A program made the position numbers and the translations under genes. Below the pieces are notes generated by a model, which ran no database searches, had not been told where the DNA came from, and worked only from the letters and a program-made list of their open reading frames with translations. From assembly GCA_050230475.1 (NCBI GenBank), contig JBFLGF010000088.1:1-62292 (forward strand): 62,292 bases of DNA, in the 5' to 3' direction. Each line of letters opens with the position of its first letter. Position 1 is the stretch's first letter. This stretch comes from Ancylonema sp. (taxonomy: Eukaryota). Positions 51,275 to 62,292 of the stretch are shown here, one piece after another.

Positions 51275-53036
51275 TCACAGTCTTTTAAATACACAAATGG
51301 ATCCCCTCCCTCCCCTCCCGATCCGTATGGTCTCATCTAGATACGTCGTTTGTAATGTGACTTTGCTTTCTCCTCCATATGCAAACTACAACGACCCAAG
51401 CTCAAAACGAGGCGCAACAAAAGTCACCTCCACCCACTTCTCGTCCAAGGCTTGAAGGCGACCTGCGACAAACGACAGTCTTATCAGCCATTGTTCTTTC
51501 CACAATGCAAGACCGAAATTCCAAGCAACCACATGCACATTTCACGAGTGTGTGAATAACACTAAAAAACACAAATACCTGAATTTTGCAACGGCACTAG
51601 TGATATTAGTTGGTTGTCTATTTAACACGACTATCCAGTCACATACCAATTGGTACATTCTTTTTCGTTTGCCAATACGCCAGATTACGACCAAAAAAAA
51701 CCACTGAAGCGAAAACCGAATTATGGCCAGCGATAAATTGCGGGGTGGGGTGATCGGCACCTTGTGCGAATCAAGCACTCGACAATACCGCGACTAAATT
51801 AAAGCCCTTAGGGGGCACAGAGGAAGTGAAGGGAGCTAACTCGCATCTCACCTTCCAAGCTGACCTTCCCGGGAACCAATCCCACGAGTTGGAAAAGTAC
51901 TCGGTTCCCAACTATGTCTGGCTCCTGGATGGTCTGAACAAGCTCTGTTGTCTTCAGGAGTGCACGGCCCAGAAGGCTACGGTAGTAGCCGCCTGCTGCT
52001 GTGGGGCTGGACGTGTATGACACCTCCCACTCTACGCAAAAACAAGAATAACAACCAAAAAAATTGTAAACATTTTTCTTGTTGTCTGCACGAATTTGAC
52101 CGCATAAAAATTAAGGTTCCAGAACAGTTTCATACTTTTCTCTATGTCAGATTTTAATTGATGCTGGAACTAGTGTGCAGCTGCAGCACACGGCATGCGT
52201 GTACAGCAGAGCATCACAGAAGGCTTGTTGGCGCAAGTGACCAACCTCCAAAGATGAGATGACTCTTCAAAGGCTCAGCCATTCCCAGGTTCTCCAACTC
52301 TTCGACACATTTGAACACAGCTATTTTCCTGGATTCTTCGATGTCAGCACCCCTGTCCGAATGTGCCACCTGATGACAATAACAGCTTTAGTAGGTGTAG
52401 GTGGTATGGCGTTGATGACATCCGTGAAGAATTACACGTGCCGAGTCCACATGGACATCGACCCCAGCTGAGATTATTGAGACACTGGCTGCATAAAGGT
52501 CTCTCTGTACGGGTTCAACAATACATAAAGACATGTCTGGAATAGTTATATCCTCAGCTCTGACTTCCTCAGGCAGTTGCGGACCTAGACATGAAAGTAA
52601 AGACCCTGACTTCATTCGCCTTGAGAGGTGATTCGAATATATATCGGATGTTCGTTCATGTTGCATGCATGCATGCATTCAGTAGCTGCTCTGCACAATC
52701 TTGTGTCCTTGAGGCCAACTAGCAAAAGCGATAAGAGTTGCATTCATAAAAATGTCGCACTGAACTTCGTTCTCGAGAATCAATAGTCTACAGATGTATT
52801 ACCAGCTCGAGGAGTTGGCTGACAAGCTCTGGAGCCGTCGGTTCTGATTGATCATCGGTCGGTACGGAGATAGTGGCACATAGAACAGTTTTCAGGACAT
52901 TTGACTGGAATTCATCCAGTGGTATCTGCTGGGGACCCAGTTTCCGCACATCCTGTAAGCTGCTGCCTCCGGATTTGGTGGTGGCAGTGTAAGATTTGAA
53001 GCCACTCTGCTTGGACACCTTCCATGAGGCCAACAT
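51275..53036 (-). CDS. FBN6: Fibrillin / plastid-lipid-associated protein, FBN6-like
   Basis: LVSQLLEL-VAHSDRG...EPLKSHLIFG, SPTAAGGYYRSLLGR...ELVQTIQEPDIVGNRV...GKVSLEG, and C-terminal LQTTYLDETIRIGRGGRGSICVFKRL*. The start is uncertain. Confidence 0.87.
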
Positions 53037-54339
53037 ACGAAGAGAGGGTGGTGATTGTCCACCGGCAAACACGCCGCAGCATGTATGGGGATGGCGCAAG
53101 ACATGTTGCATGTATGCAGCCTTACAAATGTCAACCATTTCATTCGCCAAAAGCCCTGACTTCACTCTGAAGGTGACCTCCCTACCTGATCAGCTGCCTG
53201 TAGCTAGTGAAGATAATCAGATGAGGCACGCAGACGACTTGCTAGTGTGCCAGTTGCTCTGAAACAAGGGTCTGACACGGTGTCATTTTTGGGGTCGTGT
53301 GCGCTCGCTGTGTCTGTACTCGAATCAGCTTTCTAGCCAAAATATGCTAATAATGTCGGGTTTTAATCACGGTCAATTTGTACGGGTTTGAAGGGGTTAA
53401 ATATGCTAACATGGTCGGGTTTTAGTCATTGTCCTCTCCATACACTCGTGTCAATGGCGTGACGTGGCGTTTCCTCGCAAACGTGCTTTTGGATTATCCT
53501 GTGCGAAGCGATGTCCGTGCCATTTGTCAGCGACCCGCCCTGCCTACAGGCCACCCACTCTGACAACCTGTTGCAGATTCGGATTCTTCCTACACCGGTA
53601 CTACTCATTTCCATTGCCCTCGCGAGTCGAGTACTTTTTTCCCCCGTGCATATCGTTCTCCGATCCGCCTCGTCACGCCTTGGAGACAAACGTCATCAGA
53701 AATCAGACTTCCTGACCGGTCCGAAAAAGTGTCGTAATCGACTCTCGGATCCTACATACATTGCTGGAGGCGAGCATGATCCGTTGAGTTTCCAAGCCAT
53801 ATTTATAATAGGTAAACAATGTTTTGCATGGAATTACACGAAAATGAGAACCAGGTACGGACTATACACCCTGGGGCCGACATTGAAATTATGTCCGGAG
53901 AGAAATCAGCAAGTCTCCTCCAATATTGAGTCAGCGACTCCGTGTATCGATTCAGACATTGTTTCTTACACTCGCTTCTTCATTCCCGTGTGAATCTCAG
54001 CGTTTATGACCGTTCGAGTCAAAACGGCCCTCCGTATTGAGATCCAGGGGTGATGTCACGTCGAGGAAACCCTCAATTCATGATCTGCGACAATCATGGT
54101 CTGTCACTGTTCACAGTTTGTAAATGAATGGTTCCTACCACACGTACCACGAAACACGGTCAACATTGCANATTTGAGATGGGGTAGTTTTTGGAAGAGA
54201 TAGGTTTTATGACATGATGTAATGCATCACATGTGTAGGTTTGGATAATGATGTATGCTATTCTTGTGGCATCCAATATCAGGCGTTATGTATCTATATG
54301 AGTGTGAATGTTTATGTGTATGCATGTATGTGTGTATGA

Positions 54340-55879
54340 TGGTATTATTCTCCAATCGGGTGAATTGTTATTTTCCTTCACAGCCCCATACTCTTCCAAA
54401 GTAGATCAAACGGGTACCAACAAACCGAATCCGAAATTCAATTCCGAATTTGCAAGGACTTTCTTCGCCAGCCATGGCCTGGCTGTCCGGGCAGTGGCAG
54501 TGAAAGTGACGGACGCATCTCAGGCGTATGCAGTCAGCTTGCGGCATGGTGCGGTCAGTGCTGCAGAACCGGTAGTGGTCGAGGACGGCAAGGGAGGGGG
54601 CAAAGTGACGCTTGCAGAGGTCATACTCTATGGTGACGTGGTCCTGCGCTTTGTTAGCCTACAGGATTACACAGGGCCTTTTCTGCCCGGCTTTGAAAAA
54701 GTCGAGAGTTCTGCAGTGATGTCGTACGGCCTCTCCAGATTGGATCATGCAGTGGGGAATGTGCCGAACCTTCTAGAATATGCTCGACATATCGCAGGCT
54801 TTACCGGTTTCCACGAATTTGCTGAGTTCACTTCAGAGGATGTTGGCACCGTGGACTCCGGCCTGAACTCCATGGTTCTGGCCAGCAACAACGAGATGGT
54901 TCTTCTTCCCATCAACGAGCCAACCTTTGGGACCAAACGGAAGAGTCAGATCCAGACGTATTTGGAGCACAATGAAGGGCCAGGATTGCAACACCTGGCG
55001 CTCATGGCCACCAACATCTTCCACACCCTGAGGGAAATGCGGCTCAGGAGTGACATTGGAGGGTTTGAGTTCATGCCGCGCCCTTCGACAAAGTATTATG
55101 CCGGCTTGCCGGCAAAAGTGGGGGGGGATTTGACAGCTGAGCAACTGGAGGAGTGTGAGGAACTGGGTCTGCTGGTGGATAAGGATAGCCAAGGCATCTT
55201 GTTGCAGATCTTCACCAAGCCTTTGGGAGACAGGTAAATTCCCTCCAAAGTAGGCGGTATTAGTCATTTTTACAACCGAGTTCGGGAATCATATATGTCT
55301 CATAAGCGATGGTGACGTTCGTATGTGTACCTATGGGTCGTAGACTTGGCACGCATCTTGATATGTGGGTGTATGGCTGGAGTGATGATGACTTGAGTAT
55401 CCGCTTTGCAGAAGCACACCAATAGAATGAGGAAAGAGGCAACACATTGTTCGTGTTAAAGAATCGTTATGCACGAACAACAAGTCAAAGTGCGAATGTT
55501 CTAATATGCATGTGTGCTATTGTGGTGATGTGCTCTGCCTTGAGGTTTTGACTCTGCTTTAGTCGCTTTGAGTGATCGACACCACTTGGGAACATCATTG
55601 GGGCTTGTTGAGAACTTCCTCATCCATTTGATCCCTGTATCCACAATGAGTCTTGCACAAATATCAAAGTCAATTTTGTCGAATACTTTTGACGGATTTT
55701 GCAGGCCAACTGTTTTCATCGAAATCATTCAGCGAATCGGGTGCATGGAGACCAATTCCGAAGGCTTGACAAAGCAAACTGGGGGATGCGGTGGATTTGG
55801 GAAGGGAAATTTTTCGGAATTGTTCAAATCCATTGAGGACTATGAGAGGACCTTGGATGGCCCTTTGAACGTCAAGTGA
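54340..55879 (+). CDS. HPPD: 4-hydroxyphenylpyruvate dioxygenase (N-terminus missing)
   Basis: [97 protein letters not shown]; intron about 55234-55704. Confidence 0.96.
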
Positions 55880-56042
55880 TTGTCGTGGAAGATAGGGTTG
55901 ACATAGCATTAGACGTGTATATTGAGTACTTGAAACGGATTTGTGTGTGTGTGTATCACCTTCTTTTGGTGTGAAAATCTTCATTTGTAGGTTTATGTTG
56001 ATGACCACATGTGTCACCATCATGTGTCACCGGATATTCTAG

Positions 56043-56390
<348 letters not shown>

Positions 56391-56777
56391 TGATGGAAAC
56401 GATGCCCGGCGGACTGGGGAAGAATCTGCTTCTCCCAATTTGCACCATATTTACTTCTGCACTGGATACTACCCGGGGGGGCGTGAAGCAGCAGAACAAA
56501 CACACCTCGCCTGTCGGTTCTTTGGCACTCCATTGCGCACAACACCCCAGTTGCATGCATCACTCACCGCCCGCCTCATTTTTGCGAATCCTGACCGATC
56601 TCCATGGTTTAATGCACTACATTGTCACTCAGTGGGTCTGTGATCCGTGAGTCACGCGACCTGCGCTGCCCCGTAGACACATCAAGGGACTCCGCGCTCG
56701 GACATTCGCAAATATTGAAATCTGGCCGATCCTGTTCACGTGTCTTTGACGCGGGTCTCTTAGTTGAGGCGGCAGTG

Positions 56778-58132
<1,355 letters not shown>

Positions 58133-58665
58133 TCGCACACTGTATATTTTCTTTCATTACAACTTGATTGTAATATTGAAGTAGTGTAGACACGAGACGA
58201 GTATTTTTCGGCTAGGCACATTCTTTAAATGCTTCATGGTTCTTATAGCACAATTGAAGATTTGACGATTAACATGGAGGGGTTTCAAATCACATGTCCA
58301 TCCTCATCACATCGGATGTCTCATGTATTTGCTATCACATCAAACAAAGTTTGTTGCATCGACCAATCACTCTTCCATGCCACACCAGGCATGCACCACC
58401 CTCGTTACAAAAATCGGCTCATCTGCATTTGCAACTTTTCCGATGCACCGCCAATTATACAGCAACCGATTCGCTTGCATCGTCATAGACGCATGTGCGT
58501 GAGATCGGAGATGTGCACATGTACATTGATGTTGTATAGGATGTCGTCGCGTATGTATACATTGATGTAAGTATAATCCAACAAACTCTGAGCTCATTGT
58601 GTATACCATAGAGACCTTCTAGAGCCCTCTCCGTCTCAACAACTTGACAAAAATATCACGCCCCG

Positions 58666-61600
58666 TCAAAGCTCTTGACTCTCCTCCGGAAAGAAATGCC
58701 AGCTGCAGCAAAATCACACAAGAAAAGAGCGACATCAGACACATGAGTATCAAATCAATGGGATGCAAGTGAAGCAGCAGTCTGAGACGTCTGGTTTGAG
58801 CACAGCTGAGGCATACTAACACAGCCTCAGCGTCCCTTCCTGCACACTGACCTCATGTCATTAAAGGCCGACAGCACTGGAAATTGAGCAGAATCCACAT
58901 GGACCTCCACCGCGTTTTTCTGAAGCTGCGAGTACAGCTGAAACAAAATCGATAAGATGGTGTGCTGATGGTCATGTGCGTGTGAGTGTATGTATGGTGA
59001 AGAGTGGCACAGCGAGTACAGTGCTTGATATCAAAACAGGCCAATGAATGGGCAATGGATATAATAGGAGGGTGCATGTCAGACTCTGAGCAACAGGTGT
59101 GTGCCTGAGGTGAAAACTAAGTCCGAGCTAAAATTTGCAGCTCGGTCCTCCCGGGATAGTTTTGGGACAGTTGGTCATGGAACACATCCTCCAGGAGAAC
59201 GTCGGGTGATTGCATGCTACGCAAAAACGGTTGAACATTTCGCAGCCCCAGATTCGATATGTGGTACCACTTGCAATGGGACCCTTCGAACGCCCATTTT
59301 TTGACATTTAAAAATAAACGATTTGAAGAAGACCACAACGGTATTACCTCTAAGAGTACGTGTGGGCGGGTGTGCCCTGGATTGGAACCTGAACTCCATC
59401 TGAAACCACATTGCGAGATCCAGCTCCAGATGTGAGTCGCAAACAGTGCATCACCCGGAATGATCACATGACACTTGTGCTGTAGGTGCAGGTGCAGGTG
59501 CGTTGTGCGTTTGTTTTGGAGGGAATAAGTGTGCGAAGTGGTCCCAAAATACAGCAACCAAGATCATCCCGAAACCGAAACCGAAACCGAATTCAACCAA
59601 GGATTCTGAACATTGGGTGAAAGAGGGCCTGTGTGGTCGAAGGTTGGGCGAGGAAGTATGGAGGCGAGGCCACCCCCTCACCTCTCTTCATACCCTTCGA
59701 AACTGTTGCCTAAAATTGCGATCTGCTTGAGCCTGCCAGGTGTCTCTCTGTTAGCCTCTAACACCTGAAACAAATCCCGAGAGAGAGCTCCATCAGCACA
59801 TTCCCACGACTTGCTGCTCAGAGTGAGTGGAAATTGACACCAGACACAAGCGCAGCGGAGTGGAGAAGCACTCTTCATACATGTGGGAGGAGCTTAGCAC
59901 GTAGGGGCACTCAAAGAAGTGCAGAAGAATGAATGGGATGAGTCATTGCATGTGCTGGATCTTGTCAATATTCGAAGGTTTAACCGGGAGATTTGAGCCT
60001 CTGTGGCCATAGAGTACATACTCCGGGGTCGATGGGCTGTACATGAAGCTCACATTGTTGTAGAGATGAGCTTCGCAGTGCGGCATCCAAAAGATAGTCG
60101 GGCCACTCACAGCTCTCCTCCCTTCCTGGACAAGCATTCGAAAGCTGGTGAGCAGCAAATCGCTGTGCCTTCTACGCAATGTCGGACCACGTGTTTGCTC
60201 GTGAAGACACACTTTCAAAAAAATGTTTTGGCACCTTCATGACTTCATGACAGCAAGATTCGGAGCAGAAAGATGAGCATCACTCCAACCTCGCTTCAGT
60301 GCACAAACGATTCTGTTGTTGCAATCAATGTCATACTAAAATCAAAGAAGCATTGGATGTACCAATTCTGGAGCCTGCTACCTTTGAGGGATGAGTAATC
60401 TCACCTCGTTGACTGTGATCGGATGGCCTCCAATGCTCTCTAAAGCTGCATGTTCGATTGCAGTGAGAACGGGGTCAAACACATGCACCCTGGCCTGGTG
60501 GCTAGAGCCTTCTGCCTGGATGAGGCATCGAGGTACACTCTCAGGTATGGGCGACCACCCATTCACATCATTCACAACATACGCTTTTGAGGCAATAGTG
60601 TGTTGCACAGCTTCAGTAGCATACGTGTCATGCCTGGGACACGTGATCTCGAATCCAGAAAAGTCTACACACAGAGAGGCGATGCAGGCGGTGAACGACT
60701 TATGAATCTCACCGACCTCACCTCTATCATGTGTGCCAGAAGGAAGCTCAAGGACAGCTGGCATCTTGAGGACTCAGAATCAGAAAAACTTCCTACGCCA
60801 TAGACCACAATGTCGAGAATAGGCACACGAGGGACCTCTTCGCTTTTCACCTGCAACAGCAGTTTACATTCACCAATCATACATATTGTGTCAAATTGCT
60901 TTGTGGAGGCGCGAGTGTCCCGCTTTGTGCGGTTTCTTACAATTTCGGATGAGATTTCGAGTGTTGCGCACCCCTCCAACACACCGACACCAGCCGAGAA
61001 GGAAGAAGCGCCTCTAGTAGACAAGGACCTTGGGACAGCCACTAATCGGGAAATGAAGTTCATGTCCCTCCATTGATCTGCAAGAAGCCACGCCGTGGTG
61101 AGGTGATCGCAAATGTACAAGCTTCCTGTACATATCACCGACTTCGATTCAACATATCATTTTTCAACTTTAGAATTGATGCCACCAGAAACTTTAAGAA
61201 CTTCTGTCCATCTTTGAGAAATTCTTCCTTGCAGGACATGCCTGTGGTCTTCTTCAGCAATGCGCAGGACTACCAGTGCCGAGACACTCGATCCAGGTGT
61301 ATTGAGAAGGTGGTTCACCTGAAAATCTGCGGTAGAAGTCGGATTGCTGCACCATGGACCTGCATACGCCCGTTATGCCACTTTAATGGAGGGAAATCGT
61401 CCGCATAATCACATTGCACCTGATTATGTCACTCAAGTCACCCTGAATTCACCCAATTGATCACGGCGATGCCATGTGCGTTTCCATTTGAATCACGATG
61501 AACATGAGACCAACATTGCAATGCCATTCTCTCAAGATGTCACCGACCTTGCTTGCTCTAGTTTATCAACAATCCTTCCAACCTCCTCCTCAGCTGTCCG

Positions 61601-62005
61601 TGGCACGCGTCGTCTCTCACGTTTCCGGTTTCTGCCTACCTTATCTGTTCCAGATATATTCATGTCTGAATACCAGCCGGGCATAGTGTGAGTTTCCTTT
61701 GCATGGAGGTGATCAACATAAGGCCCACTACTCATTTCTGCAGAAGAGCTCTCAGGCTGGTCGTTCACAGCAGCAGCTGCGTATATTTCAGCGATACCAA
61801 GCTGGTTTGAGAAAGGCGCCACCTTAAGGCCGGTGTGGATCCCCTTAACGGGCAAAGAGTGTCCAACTACCTGTGAGTTTCCCATCTTTTTCACTCTGCT
61901 TTTGCTTCTTCGACCGCCTACTCGAGTCCAGCCGTCCGCCGCGTCCAGTGGGAATATTTCAATCCAGTATGAGTCAGTGTTATTCAAGAAATACAGTATT
62001 CGCAC
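58666..62005 (-). CDS. SRR1: SRR1-domain protein (sensitivity to red light reduced 1-like)
   Basis: DGWTRVGGRR, DIVVYGVGSFSDSESSRCQLS, VHVFDPVLT...TVNE-EGRRAVSGPTIFWMPHCEAHLYNN, ILGNSFEGY, AFNDMSWHFFP. The start is unresolved. Confidence 0.9.
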
Positions 62006-62292
62006 ACGTGGTCATCCACGATCGAGGTGTCCAGTTTGCAAGTATCCAAGTTTGCTCCACGAATTCAGATGCCACTCGCATTCCCTCTTGCTGTGCAGTC
62101 CAATGCAGTGCAGTGCCAATGCAGCAGCGTCGAACGACGAACTGGAGAGAAGATGCATGGGACATATGGTTGTAGGCATCGATACTTTGTCATAAGGAAA
62201 TTATGGGAGCCTGAGGGATGCGCCATTCGTGTAAAAAGAACCGACTGACGGGTCTGTGCCTTTCTCGCCCGTGTGCTTGACGTCGGATGGCA

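Overview
Eukaryotic nuclear DNA with spliceosomal GT-AG introns and plant-type genes. The short G-rich introns and divergent land-plant orthologues suggest a streptophyte alga, but the taxon is an inference. About 14 protein genes can be spliced by eye: a delta-9-type membrane desaturase, HCF152-like PPR, SOP1-like CCCH protein, SPX-RING E3 (NLA/BAH1), PEX12, an orphan Pro/Ser-repeat protein, SRP68 (5' end missing), CID7-like PAM2-Smr protein, DUF3128, plastid uL10, ICT1/ArfB, fibrillin FBN6, HPPD (5' end missing), a guanosine-deaminase-like protein and SRR1. Intergenic DNA holds CRE/SLACS-like non-LTR 3' remnants, a Ty3 fragment, pogo-like TIRs, a foldback-like repeat, satellites and a tRNA-like fragment. 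Three single-N joins (41776, 46983, 54171) show draft-assembly problems. The most interesting items are a deaminase with a membrane anchor and a Cys-to-Ser change in its zinc motif, a bacterial-looking desaturase with nine introns, and an inverted-repeat-rich retroelement cluster where the SRP68 5' end should be. I cannot support a complete novel multi-gene system. All family assignments come from recalled motifs; no searches were run.
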